From positions 1-64,000 of IMG/VR virus record IMGVR_UViG_3300049001_000080: 64,000 nucleotides of DNA; one strand, written 5' to 3'. The translations under genes were made by a program, and so were the position numbers. Source of the stretch: a virus. Shown piece after piece: positions 35,194 through 45,292 of the stretch (position 1 is its first letter; each line of letters starts with the position of its first letter). Below the pieces are notes generated by a model. That model saw only the letters and a program-made list of their open reading frames with translations. It was not told the DNA's origin and did not search any database.

Positions 35194-36954
35194 TCACTTG
35201 GCCACCCACCCGGTAGCGGCGCTGCCGGTCTCCTTGACGTAGATCGCGGTGCCGGCCCCGCCGTCCCGGCGCAGCGCGAGCGACCCGACGGGCGCGGTCA
35301 CCTGGGCCTCGGGGGTCCCGGTGCACTCCCAGATCTCCACCCCGCCGGGGCTCCCGCCCACCCGCACCGGGCCGGTCGCGGCCCCGCCAGAGCCGCGGGT
35401 GACCGAGCCGCCCGAGGCGTCCGTGCCGACGTGGGTCGGGTTGACCAGCCACTGGAGGTTCAGCGGCGCCCCGCCGCGCAGCCGGGTGTCTCGGATGATC
35501 ACGTTAGCCGGCGTCGCGCCGAAGGAGGAGACGCCCGACCCGCCCGGGAAGGTGGCCGACCCGAAGTCCACCGTGTTGCCGTCGTAGGTGACCCCCGCCG
35601 CGCCCAGGTAGATCGGGATCTCCACCAGCGGGCCGACCGCCGCGGTCGTGTACTGGACCGAGCACCCGGAGACGACCCCGTCGGCGTTGCAGGCGATCCC
35701 GATCCGTGCTCCGGAGCCCGTGGAGGCCAGCTCCTGCCGTAGCAGGCAGCCACGCGCCTGGTTGGAGTAGACGTCGGTACCGGTGTTCGAGAGGTCGAGA
35801 CCCCGTGTCACCCAGTCGTGCACCCGGCACCCCTCGGCCAGCACCATGCCGGTGTTGGCGTTGGCGCTGCGGATGCCGTACTGCCCACCCCAGACCTCCG
35901 TGCCGATGATCGTCCCGCCGCGCGCCGGGTCGCCGCCCGCGATGCCCGCGTAGCCGTTGCCGTCGCAGATGATCCCGCTGGCGGTGGTCGCCGCCACCTG
36001 CACCTGGCCGCCGATCACCACCGACCCGTTGGCGGACAGCTCGATGCCCGCGTAGCTGGGGCTCCCCGAGATGCTGGCCCCGACGATCAGCGGCCGGACC
36101 GACACGGCCGAGATCCCCATCAGCCCCGGTCCGGACACCCGGACCGAGCGCATCTGGGTGCCGCGCATGTGCGTCCAGTCCTCGATGCCGATCCGGGCGG
36201 GCGAGACGATCATGACGTCGTCGAGCAGGCAGTCCTTGCCGACGTCGGAGGTGTTGCCGTACCCCGAGAGCCCGTTGCGTGGCGAGCTGTAGCAGGAGAC
36301 GTCCCGGACCACGGTCCGACAGGCCCCGTAGTACGAGTAGAGGGCCGCCTCGCACCCGGTGGCGCGGAGTCGCTCGATGGTGTTCCGGTCGGAGAGCGCG
36401 CCCTTGACGAGCACCACGCTCGCCGTCCGCTGGTACCCCTCGCCGTCCACTGTGGACGGCGGGAAGAGGTTGGTGTAGTTGGCGACGATGTCGGCGAACC
36501 GGCAGTCGGTCGAGTCCTCGACGTGGATGATCGCCGACTCGTCCGCCGGGGTGCCGACGAGGGGGGTGGCCGGCGCGAGGAAGGAGGCGCCGGTGATGGA
36601 GACGCGGCTGCGGCCGTGCACCTGGAAGACGCGGCCGGTCGTGGCGATCGTGCCGGTCGGCGCGGTGCCGACCTGGACGGTGGCGCCGGGCCGGAACTCG
36701 ATCGAGAGCCCGTCCACGCCCACGACGTGGGTTCGGTTCACCACGTAGGCCCGCGCGGGCAGCACGATCCTGCTGCGCCCGCCGGTCAGGGCCGCGTCGA
36801 TCAGGTCGTCGTCGCTCGCGCCGGAGGCGGGCACGACCCAGGTGGACTGGCCGTCGACCAGGCCGCCGACGCGGTTGACCTCGGTCACGATCGCATTGAC
36901 GTCGGCCGCGGGGTCGGCCTCGTCCACGTGCCGGGTGGGGATCGTCAGCGCCAT
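35194..36954 (-). CDS. Second beta-helix tailspike
   Basis: Shared N-terminal anchor; beta-helix; C-terminal GTPEAQVTAPVGSL..R.DGG....YVKE.G....GW. Confidence 0.8.
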   Translation of the reverse strand: MALTIPTRHVDEADPAADVNAIVTEVNRVGGLVDGQSTWVVPASGASDDDLIDAALTGGRSRIVLPARAYVVNRTHVVGVDGLSIEFRPGATVQVGTAPTGTIATTGRVFQVHGRSRVSITGASFLAPATPLVGTPADESAIIHVEDSTDCRFADIVANYTNLFPPSTVDGEGYQRTASVVLVKGALSDRNTIERLRATGCEAALYSYYGACRTVVRDVSCYSSPRNGLSGYGNTSDVGKDCLLDDVMIVSPARIGIEDWTHMRGTQMRSVRVSGPGLMGISAVSVRPLIVGASISGSPSYAGIELSANGSVVIGGQVQVAATTASGIICDGNGYAGIAGGDPARGGTIIGTEVWGGQYGIRSANANTGMVLAEGCRVHDWVTRGLDLSNTGTDVYSNQARGCLLRQELASTGSGARIGIACNADGVVSGCSVQYTTAAVGPLVEIPIYLGAAGVTYDGNTVDFGSATFPGGSGVSSFGATPANVIIRDTRLRGGAPLNLQWLVNPTHVGTDASGGSVTRGSGGAATGPVRVGGSPGGVEIWECTGTPEAQVTAPVGSLALRRDGGAGTAIYVKETGSAATGWVAK

Positions 36955-36957
36955 CTG

Positions 36958-39900
36958 CTACTCCGGCTGGTAGGTGGGCTGGTAGGTGGCGGTGTAGACC
37001 GTCGCGGCCGGGGGCTCCGGCGAGCCGGGGTAGGTCGTGCCGTAGGTGGTGCCGTAGACGCCCTCGACCGGGGGCTCCGGCTCGGGGGCGGGCGGCGGCT
37101 GGGCGACGACGTCGGACCGCAGCGACCCGAACCACCAGCTCGGCACCGGCTGGTGCCACTGCCGCCACATCGGGTCCTGGTGGATCGGCGGGTACCGGTC
37201 GACCGGCGAGGTGTTCGGGCCGACCGGCTCCATCCCGTGCCCGGGCGGCTGCCCGCCCAGCAGGCCCGCGTACCAGGGCCGGATCGCCAGCGCGCTGATC
37301 GAGGCCCCCTGCGCGTAGACGGTGGCCCGCCACCTGAGCTGGCGCCCGGGCTCGGGGAAGGTGAGCACCCCGTCCGGGTCGTTCTTGATGTCCAGCGCGT
37401 CGTACCAGGTCGTGCCGCCGTCCACCGAGAACGACCAGAGGATCGGGTCGTCGAACAGGCTCAGCCTCGTGACGGTGAAGTCGTCGTTCGAGGGCAGCAC
37501 CTGGGCCGCGCGGACGTACACGGCGCCGGTGATCGCGACCGACTCGTGGCTCTCGTAGCTGGTGCCCTCGATGGCCCCGTAGGTACCCAGCGACTCCATG
37601 TCCGCGTAGGTGAGCGTCGAGTGGGCCGAGCCGGGGGTGTACCCGACGTAGAACCGGGCCTCCTCCCCCGGGACCAGCATCCGCCCCTCCTGCGCGAGCA
37701 CGACGTCGCCGTGCGTGGAGACCACCTGGACCACGACGGGCGCAGTGGTCGGGCGCGACGAGCTGACCCGGACCGCGGCGTAGATCCGCCCCCCGTCCGA
37801 CGGCGTGACCGGCAGGGACTGGACGCCGCCACCGGCGACCCCGTCTGACTGCGCGCCCTCCAGCTCCCCGTAGAGGCGGCCCTCCAGCGCGGCGTAGGTG
37901 CCGTACCCCGCGTCGGCCTCCAGCGCCCCGTAGGTCCGCGGGTACCAGCCGCGCACGACCGTCACCGAGCCGGGCTCGTGGGCGAGCTGGGCGTCCCCGT
38001 AGGCCGACCAGTTCGGGGCGAGGTCCGCAGCCAGGAACTGGTCGTCGGGCAGCACCTGGGCGGGGTCGGACTGCTGCGTGGCCACCTGGACGGCCCGGAC
38101 CTGCACCGCGCTGCCGAAGGTCTTGGACGTGGCCGTGCTGACCGCGCTAGCGGCCACCAGGGCGCCGCTCGCGAGGGACATCGCGGACGTCGACTGGACC
38201 CACTGGAGGTCGTCGAACAGGTCGACGTACTGCTCGGTGTCGTCGTCGGTCAGGTAGTCGACCCGCAGCGCCTGGAGCTGGCGCAGCCCGACGAAGAAGG
38301 CGACCCGCGTGCGGTGGTCTACCGTGACGGTCTCGTAGACGTGCCGGGTCGTGGTGGTGAACCGCGGCGCGACCGAGCCGGCGTGCCAGGGCTGGAACCC
38401 CCAGACCCAGCCGAAGCCGGCCACCCGCTCGGCCTCGCTCGGGCTGCCGGAGTACAGCGCCTCGGTGGCCGTGTGCCTCGTGGTGTCCGGCAGCCCGTGC
38501 AGCGCCCCGACGGCGTCCGCGTACCGGCTCACGTCGGCCAGCGCCAGCGCGGTCGGCAGCCCGCCGACGTCCTGCGGGGTGGACGCGCCCGAGGTCATCT
38601 GGGAGAACCTGGCGACCGTGTCGGTGGTGAAGACGCTGACCTGCCTGCGTACCGGCACCAGGCTCTCGTACGGCTCCATGGACAGGCCGGTGAACTCGAA
38701 CTTCCAGAACCGGGCCCTGGTCGGCGGGAGGTGCAGGTACCCCCGACGCAGCACGTAGTCGCGCGCCACCGGGGTCCAGGCCATGTCGGCGTAGCAGTCG
38801 CACGGGCCGCCGAACAGCCCGACGGGCGACGTCTGCGGGTCCGACCGCCAGGGCTCCATCCGCAGCACCGAGTCGTCCGTGGTGCCGGAGTCGTCGGCGG
38901 CGAGCGGGGCCCGGCGCACGTACGCCTGCGGGTCCGCCATGAAGACGCCCAGGTCCGCCGCGGAGGCTGCCACCGCCTTGAGGACGAGCGCCCGCACCGA
39001 GATGCCGGAGACGCCGGGGTCGCCGTCGTCCGGGTAGCCGCCGATCCTGATGACGCCCGGCCGCGTCGTGTCCGGGCGGGCGGCCGTCGTGACCTGCACC
39101 GGCTGGAGGTCGCCGAGCTGGTAGGTCAGCGTCACGCCGGCCGGGAAGTCGTCGGTGTCCCGCGGGGTGTACCCGACCATCACACGCCAGCGCGCGCCGC
39201 GCAGGTGCAGCGGGTCGAGCGGCACCTGCGTCACGACGCCGCCGGCCGTGGTGAACTGGACGGCGCCGGGCACCAGCCTCAGCGTGGCGTCGCCCAGCGA
39301 GAGGATCGGGTGGTCGGTGTCGGCGCCCACGCCGACGTAGCCGTCCGCGGAGTACCAGGGGGTCTCCAGGTCCAGCGCGACCCACCACGGCCCGGCGGTG
39401 TCGAGCTGGACGAAGGCGTTGTCGACGTCCACGTAGGACGGCGTCGTGTGCCCGAAGGCGACGGCCTCGGCGCTGGTGCGCTGCGGCGGCTGCTGCGGGC
39501 TCGGGCTCTCGCCGTGCTGCTGGACGATCGGGTACCCCAGCGGCTGGTCGCGGGCCGGGTAGGAGCCGGCCGGCTCGTCGTCGCTGTAGTAGAGGTTGCA
39601 GTGCACCCCGACGGTGGTCGGGTCGACGAACCAGCGGTCCACCACCTGCCCCTGGCCGTCCGCGTCGCGCAGGTCCGCGTAGTAGCACACCACCGCGTAC
39701 CCGACCGGCTGCGGGTCGCAGCGCCACGCCCGCCCCGGCGCCGGGTCGATCGCGTACCGCGGCGAGTCCTCCTGGATCGAGTAGACGACGCGCGACCCGA
39801 GCAGGTCGGTCGAGCTGGCGAAGTCGTCCTCGTAGGTGGTGACGTCCCCGTACCGCGGCGCGTCGGCGCGCGAGTTGATGCGGTACCCGACCTGGAGGGT

Positions 39901-40434
39901 GCGCGCCCCCAGCGAGTAGGCGGCCGGCGCGCCGAACGGGTCGAGGGGCGCCCCGGTGCTGCCGGCGCGCTGGAGCACGAGCCGGACGGTCCGGGCCACC
40001 ACCGGCAGCACGCGCCAGGAGGTGGGCAGCCAGTGGCCCGGCCCGTGGTGCTGCGCGTGCTCGCCCGGTCGCGTGCTCGCCCGGTCGACGCGCTGCGGTG
40101 TGGAGTCGCCCACCGACCGGACGGCGTCGACGCCGCGCTCCACCTCGAAGGCGACCCACGCCCCCGTGCTCTCGTCCTGGTGCTCCACCCAGGCGTCGTG
40201 GGGGAAGTGCGCCAGCTCCAGCGAGAGGTAGTTGACCAGGCGGGCCTCGCCGAGCCGGACCTGGAGCACCTCCTGCACCTGGCTCGACTGCGGCCGGGCG
40301 GGGGTGGACCAGTACCGGTCGGTGCTGTCGCGGGACGTGCCCAGCGCGCTCGGCTCCCCGAGCCCGGCCGCCTGCGCCTGCGCGGCGACGACCGACGCGA
40401 CGGGCAGCCGGTCCACGAACAGGGGCGAGGTCAC
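36958..40434 (-). CDS. Large baseplate/minor tail protein
   Basis: About 1158 aa, beta-rich, tail-module position. Confidence 0.7.
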   Translation of the reverse strand: MTSPLFVDRLPVASVVAAQAQAAGLGEPSALGTSRDSTDRYWSTPARPQSSQVQEVLQVRLGEARLVNYLSLELAHFPHDAWVEHQDESTGAWVAFEVERGVDAVRSVGDSTPQRVDRASTRPGEHAQHHGPGHWLPTSWRVLPVVARTVRLVLQRAGSTGAPLDPFGAPAAYSLGARTLQVGYRINSRADAPRYGDVTTYEDDFASSTDLLGSRVVYSIQEDSPRYAIDPAPGRAWRCDPQPVGYAVVCYYADLRDADGQGQVVDRWFVDPTTVGVHCNLYYSDDEPAGSYPARDQPLGYPIVQQHGESPSPQQPPQRTSAEAVAFGHTTPSYVDVDNAFVQLDTAGPWWVALDLETPWYSADGYVGVGADTDHPILSLGDATLRLVPGAVQFTTAGGVVTQVPLDPLHLRGARWRVMVGYTPRDTDDFPAGVTLTYQLGDLQPVQVTTAARPDTTRPGVIRIGGYPDDGDPGVSGISVRALVLKAVAASAADLGVFMADPQAYVRRAPLAADDSGTTDDSVLRMEPWRSDPQTSPVGLFGGPCDCYADMAWTPVARDYVLRRGYLHLPPTRARFWKFEFTGLSMEPYESLVPVRRQVSVFTTDTVARFSQMTSGASTPQDVGGLPTALALADVSRYADAVGALHGLPDTTRHTATEALYSGSPSEAERVAGFGWVWGFQPWHAGSVAPRFTTTTRHVYETVTVDHRTRVAFFVGLRQLQALRVDYLTDDDTEQYVDLFDDLQWVQSTSAMSLASGALVAASAVSTATSKTFGSAVQVRAVQVATQQSDPAQVLPDDQFLAADLAPNWSAYGDAQLAHEPGSVTVVRGWYPRTYGALEADAGYGTYAALEGRLYGELEGAQSDGVAGGGVQSLPVTPSDGGRIYAAVRVSSSRPTTAPVVVQVVSTHGDVVLAQEGRMLVPGEEARFYVGYTPGSAHSTLTYADMESLGTYGAIEGTSYESHESVAITGAVYVRAAQVLPSNDDFTVTRLSLFDDPILWSFSVDGGTTWYDALDIKNDPDGVLTFPEPGRQLRWRATVYAQGASISALAIRPWYAGLLGGQPPGHGMEPVGPNTSPVDRYPPIHQDPMWRQWHQPVPSWWFGSLRSDVVAQPPPAPEPEPPVEGVYGTTYGTTYPGSPEPPAATVYTATYQPTYQPE

Positions 40435-41702
40435 CGGTCCGCCCCCGGTCGCGCCCCGGCGTAGGGCGCGGACACCATCACGGCGTCGGAGACCGCGCGC
40501 CCGCGCATGATGGCCTCGGGGTCGGCGATGGCCCGGTCCGGGGTGAGGTCGACCGGGCGCCCGTCCGCCGCGGTGACCCGCTCGTAGTCGACGGCCGAGA
40601 TGACCGCGCCCTGGGTGGACTGAGTGTACGCGGTGACCGACTGGATGTCGGAGTTGTAGGACCACGCCTCGCCCTGGTAGGCCGTGAACGCCGGGCGCGC
40701 CCGGTCGACGGGCGTGGCGGAGGCCTGCGGGTAGTACGCCGCCAGCGACGGCCTCGGCACCACCCGGGTCCGGACCTCCCAGTACGTGGAGCTGGCCGAC
40801 GCGTCGCGGATGTGGGCCGGCGAGTGGACCGCCACCCCCTGGGCGTCGACGGTGAGCAGCGCGCCGGCCGGCTTGAGCCGGTCCAGCACGCGGGTCAGCC
40901 GGTACGCCTCCTCCAGCGTCATCGACCGCAGCGGACGGACCACGAACTCGGCCCGGTTGGACGTGGTGGTCCGACCGAATGACCCGGTGCCGCCCTCGAC
41001 GTCGGCGTAGGTGCCGCCGTCCATCGCCCCGTAGGTGACGAAGTGGGTCTCCACCTCGCCGTAGGTCCGCCCCGCCACCGCCGGTGGGGCGCCGCCAGGG
41101 TTGCCGCCGCCGTTCTCGTCGACCAGCGCCCAGGTCTCGTAGACGCGGCAGTCGACGCTCAGCAGCGCGCGGGCCACCGCGGCCATGCCGGCCGGCGTGC
41201 CCGCCATCGGGATGGCGCGCGAGAACTCGCTCACCCGCGACCGGTAGGCGGCGTCCCTCGCGTCCAGCTCGGCCCACTGCTCGGAGGTCGCGGCCTCGGT
41301 GTAGGGCGACAGGTCGAGCCGCTCGCCGGACAGGCGGGGGAAGCCCAGCAGCGCGCCGTAAAGGCGGTCCAGGTCCAGGTACCTCGTCGTGCTGACGACC
41401 GACCCCATGTGCGCGACCAGGTAGCGGCGCCGGAGCTGGCCGGCGCCGGAGTCGCCGAGCACGGCCTTGAGCAGCCGCGAGAGGTGCGACTCCGGCCGCG
41501 TGTCGTAGAGGTCGGGGAACAGGTGCGCGAGCTGCTCGGCCGAGGGCCGCGCCGGCAGCAGCGGGTCGGTGGTCGTGTCCAGCCGGGTCGAGCGCGGCGC
41601 GCCGCTGGTGGGCGCCTGGAGGGCCAGCAGCACGGCGTCCTGGAGGTACCGCCCGCCCGCGCCCTGGTCGAGCGCGGCCGGGTCGCCGTCGAGGGAGGCC
41701 AT
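40431..41702 (-). CDS. Baseplate wedge protein (P2 gpI-like position)
   Basis: LDRLYG...D..YR.R...GT..G...RLKPAG; follows baseplate J. Confidence 0.65.
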   Translation of the reverse strand: MASLDGDPAALDQGAGGRYLQDAVLLALQAPTSGAPRSTRLDTTTDPLLPARPSAEQLAHLFPDLYDTRPESHLSRLLKAVLGDSGAGQLRRRYLVAHMGSVVSTTRYLDLDRLYGALLGFPRLSGERLDLSPYTEAATSEQWAELDARDAAYRSRVSEFSRAIPMAGTPAGMAAVARALLSVDCRVYETWALVDENGGGNPGGAPPAVAGRTYGEVETHFVTYGAMDGGTYADVEGGTGSFGRTTTSNRAEFVVRPLRSMTLEEAYRLTRVLDRLKPAGALLTVDAQGVAVHSPAHIRDASASSTYWEVRTRVVPRPSLAAYYPQASATPVDRARPAFTAYQGEAWSYNSDIQSVTAYTQSTQGAVISAVDYERVTAADGRPVDLTPDRAIADPEAIMRGRAVSDAVMVSAPYAGARPGADR

Positions 41703-44479
41703 CAGGACACGCCGAACGAGTTGGCGGCCTTGGCCACGTAGTTGATCGAGTAGAGCGCGGGCACCTCGTTGTCGCCGAGCTGCACGTCCGCGGCCCGGGC
41801 CGGCGAGGACCCGGCGGTGATGAAGGAGATGCGGGTCCCGGCCGCGTCCACCCGCTCGATGGCGTAGGCGCCGCCGGTGGTCGGCTCGGCGCTGGTGAGG
41901 AGCCGGATGTTGTCCACGCCCGTCACCTCGTGCGCGACCTGGATGACGTCGGACACCTGCACGGGCGAGCCGAAGTCCTTCGCCGCGAGGAAGACGGCCA
42001 GGGAGGCCTGGAGCGCGGTGGCCACCTGGGCCGGGTCGTAGCCGGGGACGAACATGATCGCGAAGTTCAGCCGCAGTAGCACGCGCTTGGCGGCGTGGGC
42101 CCGCACGTCGGTCGCGACCAGTCGCCACCGCTCGACCCGCTCCTGGACGTCGCGTGGGATGGCGTTGTAGGAGTACTGGAGCGACGCGGCGGCGTTGTTC
42201 GCCGGGTGGTGGGCGGCCAGCCACTCCAGCCCGAACAGCGACCGCGGGCTGTACCCGTACGCCGTGTCGTCGTGGACGACCCAGTAGTCGGTGCCCTTGA
42301 CGTAGGTGTTCCCGCCGATGATCAGCGGGGAGGGGAAGACGTCGATCGGGCCGAACGCGAGCTGCATGAAGATGTTGGCCGCGGTCGGGTGCGTGGAGAC
42401 GGTGCCCTGGCGGACGAACTTGCCGGTGAACAGCGCGTCGGTCGAGCCCGACGTGAACACCCGGGCGGTCCGCATGTACGTCGTCTCGCTGGCGTCGACC
42501 GGCCGGTCCCCGTCCACCCAGACGTCCACCCGGTTGGTGATCCCGGCGGCCGGGTCGTTCCTGCTGGCCGAGCTGTTGTACTCGAAGTCGAGGTCGTAGA
42601 TCGCCCCGTCGGTCAGGCCCACGCCGATCGTGTGCACCTCGGGCGGGATCACGGTGGCGTCGAACGAGTTACCTGTGAAGTAGGTCCGACCGCCTCGGCG
42701 AGCCAGGAAGGTGCCGTTCCGAGTGGTGGGACACCAGATCGGTCCTGCGTAATGACGCAGGCTCTTCTTCATGGGGGCGACGCTTACGTGGCGTACCTTT
42801 TTAATGTTGACGTGATGCATCTGTACGCGGCCAAATGGAGTGTCAAGGACCTTACGGCCTTGGCGTGTCGGGAGGCCAACTAGTGCGCAAAGTGCCTGGA
42901 ATACATCTGCCTGATCGGCACTCGCAGTGCAGAAATACCGAGTACCCGTGCCTGCCCCTCTGACCCCTCCTCCTTGCATTCCCCCGTCACCCTTGATCAA
43001 GGTGTCGATCAACATCTCGCGCTGATGGACAGGTAGGACTGAGATCAGCTCGTAGGTCAGCTTCTTGTCGGGCAAGGCTGATCGGACTTGCCGGGCTAGT
43101 TCACGTGAAAAGGCAAAGATCGTGATGTCGTCGTCGATGTAGGTCTGATACGGATGCCCCAGCCTCTTGAGGAGGAGTCGGATCTCCTCCACCTTCTCAG
43201 GATTGGCGAGGTGACTCTGTCCGATTTTGACTCGAAGCTTCCTTGGCTGCGAGTCGAAGGAGCCGTCGCTAGCGACCCACCCCAGTAGTCGTACAAAATC
43301 ATCGGTATAAATAGATTCGATGGACTCTTCGAGGGGAGCCGTAACCACGATGCCGTCCGACGGCCGCAAGTCATGAGTCTCTCGTAGTATGGCGGGCTGG
43401 CTCGTGCGAATCCGGTGAGCGTTTGTGACCGGCCAACGGTGGTTCGTCGTCACCAAGGCCGAGATGGACCTCCCCTCCATCGATACGAGGGGCTCGTCTA
43501 CTTCCGCTCGGTAAAGATCTGTCACCGGCGTCCATTCAGCGACGCCGCGATCCAGATTCAAGGAGAGAATCTCATCGCCGATCTGGATCTGTCGATGGTC
43601 TACCCAGCCACTGTGTGACAGGGCCTGCGTGTTTTTGTCCACGCAGTAATGTACCCCCAGGGTTAGGATCTGGCCGGCATCGAGGTCGGCGCCCAGGGCC
43701 GGGTTGTCGGCGTAGATGTAGGTCGCGCTGGTGGCGGGGATGGAGCTGGTCGCGTCGCCGGACCCGTCGATCTGGACCTGCTCGCGCCAGTGCGAGGAGG
43801 AGCCGATCACCCTGGCCCGGGTGGCCACCCCGTCGTCGGTGGTGTCGGGGGTGCTGTCCTCCAGCGAGAGGCCCAGGAACATGTCCTCGGTGCCGGCCAG
43901 GCTGCGGAACACCGTCCGCTTGAACCGGTCGATGAGCGCGAGGTCGTCCTCGGAGCTGGTGCCGCCGGTCGTGGGCGAGGAGTTGGTCACGCTGGCGACC
44001 CCGCTGGCCGGCGAGGCGAGCCTGACCAGGGTGTTGGCCGCGAGGTTCCCGGACTGGCCCCCGACGATCGCCTGCACCGGGACGTCCACGCTCGACACCC
44101 CGCGCTGGAGGATCGCGGGAGAGACGGTCGCGAACACAGCGGGGACCGAGGTGGCCGTGGTGACCTGGGTGCCGGCGGCGATCGGGTAGTCCTGGTCGGC
44201 CGGCGTCGGGCGGGCGAACGTGACGACCCCGGTGCCGCGCTGCGCGGCGAACCTGGTGAAGCCGAACACGGCCACGAAGTCGTCGAGGTCGGCGCCGCGC
44301 TTGGAGTCGATGTCGAGCTGGTAGTTCAGCAGGTGCTGGTCGACGTACGCGGCGGCCACCGACTCGGCCACCACGTCGAGGATCTTGCGCACCGGCGTGC
44401 CGACCGAGGTGTCCAGCTCGGGCTCGGAGACGGCCAGGGCCGCGACCATCTGGGCGGCGACGTCGGCGGCGCTGGCCAT
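41702..44479 (-). CDS. Baseplate J-like protein interrupted by an intein
   Basis: G.DLD..FGFTR..A..GTG.VTF, I.AGT.V, G..GN..A, TGG...EDD.L..R. Confidence 0.9.
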   Translation of the reverse strand: MASAADVAAQMVAALAVSEPELDTSVGTPVRKILDVVAESVAAAYVDQHLLNYQLDIDSKRGADLDDFVAVFGFTRFAAQRGTGVVTFARPTPADQDYPIAAGTQVTTATSVPAVFATVSPAILQRGVSSVDVPVQAIVGGQSGNLAANTLVRLASPASGVASVTNSSPTTGGTSSEDDLALIDRFKRTVFRSLAGTEDMFLGLSLEDSTPDTTDDGVATRARVIGSSSHWREQVQIDGSGDATSSIPATSATYIYADNPALGADLDAGQILTLGVHYCVDKNTQALSHSGWVDHRQIQIGDEILSLNLDRGVAEWTPVTDLYRAEVDEPLVSMEGRSISALVTTNHRWPVTNAHRIRTSQPAILRETHDLRPSDGIVVTAPLEESIESIYTDDFVRLLGWVASDGSFDSQPRKLRVKIGQSHLANPEKVEEIRLLLKRLGHPYQTYIDDDITIFAFSRELARQVRSALPDKKLTYELISVLPVHQREMLIDTLIKGDGGMQGGGVRGAGTGTRYFCTASADQADVFQALCALVGLPTRQGRKVLDTPFGRVQMHHVNIKKVRHVSVAPMKKSLRHYAGPIWCPTTRNGTFLARRGGRTYFTGNSFDATVIPPEVHTIGVGLTDGAIYDLDFEYNSSASRNDPAAGITNRVDVWVDGDRPVDASETTYMRTARVFTSGSTDALFTGKFVRQGTVSTHPTAANIFMQLAFGPIDVFPSPLIIGGNTYVKGTDYWVVHDDTAYGYSPRSLFGLEWLAAHHPANNAAASLQYSYNAIPRDVQERVERWRLVATDVRAHAAKRVLLRLNFAIMFVPGYDPAQVATALQASLAVFLAAKDFGSPVQVSDVIQVAHEVTGVDNIRLLTSAEPTTGGAYAIERVDAAGTRISFITAGSSPARAADVQLGDNEVPALYSINYVAKAANSFGVS
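42668..43645 (-). mobile_element. Intein (326 aa) with LAGLIDADG homing endonuclease
   Basis: Block A CVDKNTQAL, block B TTNHRW, LLGWVASDG / LIKGDG, blocks F/G IWCPTT...YFTGN|S; lower GC than the host gene. Confidence 0.93.
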
Positions 44480-44907
44480 CAGCCGCCGGTCCGGGAGGTG
44501 AGGGCGACCTGCTGGCCGTCGACCGTGCGCAGCAGGATGGAGACCTGGACGGTGTCGAAGGTGGCGACCACCTGGACGTCCTGCACCTCGGCCACCACGT
44601 CGGCGGTCTGGTAGCGGCTGCGGGTGGCGGTGAGGGTGTCGCGCTGGATCTTGTCGCGCTGCACCGCGACGTAGTTGGTGATGACCCGCTGCGCCTCCTG
44701 CTCGACCGCGAACCGCGTCGCCTCGTCCAGCGGCACGCCCACCATGTCGAGCAGCCGGGACCCCCAGCCGGGGTGGAACCGGTCGTTGCCCAGCGGCTCG
44801 CCCAGCGCCATCCGCAGGTCCTGGGCGACCTTGGGCGCGCCGTCCAGCATCGCGTACGAGGCGCCCGCCAGCGCCAGGTCACCGTCCACCACGGCCAGCG
44901 TCCGCAC
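44479..44907 (-). CDS. Baseplate wedge gp25/GPW-like
   Basis: QDL..AL.EPLG...FHP.WGS.L. Confidence 0.8.
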   Translation of the reverse strand: MRTLAVVDGDLALAGASYAMLDGAPKVAQDLRMALGEPLGNDRFHPGWGSRLLDMVGVPLDEATRFAVEQEAQRVITNYVAVQRDKIQRDTLTATRSRYQTADVVAEVQDVQVVATFDTVQVSILLRTVDGQQVALTSRTGG

Positions 44908-44956
44908 CCCGCCCACCTCCACCTCTTCCGGCGCCCGGCGCGGGGCCGGGACCGGG

Positions 44957-45292
44957 CTACGTCGTGCCGTCCTCGACCAGCCCGAGGGCCACCAGGGCGT
45001 CCAGCACGGACAGCGTGACGGCGTCCGCGCCCGCCCTGGCCCCCGACACCACCGGCGGCCGTGGGGCGTCAATCATCGCTGACAGCACCCAGGTGTCGCC
45101 GGTCATCCTGGACACCACCCACAGCTCGTCGACGGCCGGCGGCGGGTTCCCCTTGGGGCGGGTCGAGTAGCGGACGACCCGCTCGCGCCCGAGCGTGTCC
45201 CGCACGATGCAGGTCCCGTCCTCCAACACCGAGGTGACCCGGGCACGGGTCGTCTCCAGGCCGGCGGGCGGGCGTCGCGGGTCGAGCGTCAC
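44957..45292 (-). CDS. Baseplate spike-like OB-fold protein
   Basis: ARVTSV...P.VDELWVV; position between hub and gp25. Confidence 0.5.
   Translation of the reverse strand: MTLDPRRPPAGLETTRARVTSVLEDGTCIVRDTLGRERVVRYSTRPKGNPPPAVDELWVVSRMTGDTWVLSAMIDAPRPPVVSGARAGADAVTLSVLDALVALGLVEDGTT

Noticed and set aside
36958-41277. ORF-track N-terminal extensions (also 2563-4239, 14294-16249, 30361-31953)
   Set aside because: They overlap real upstream genes in another frame; starts were reassigned using RBS and stop-start overlaps
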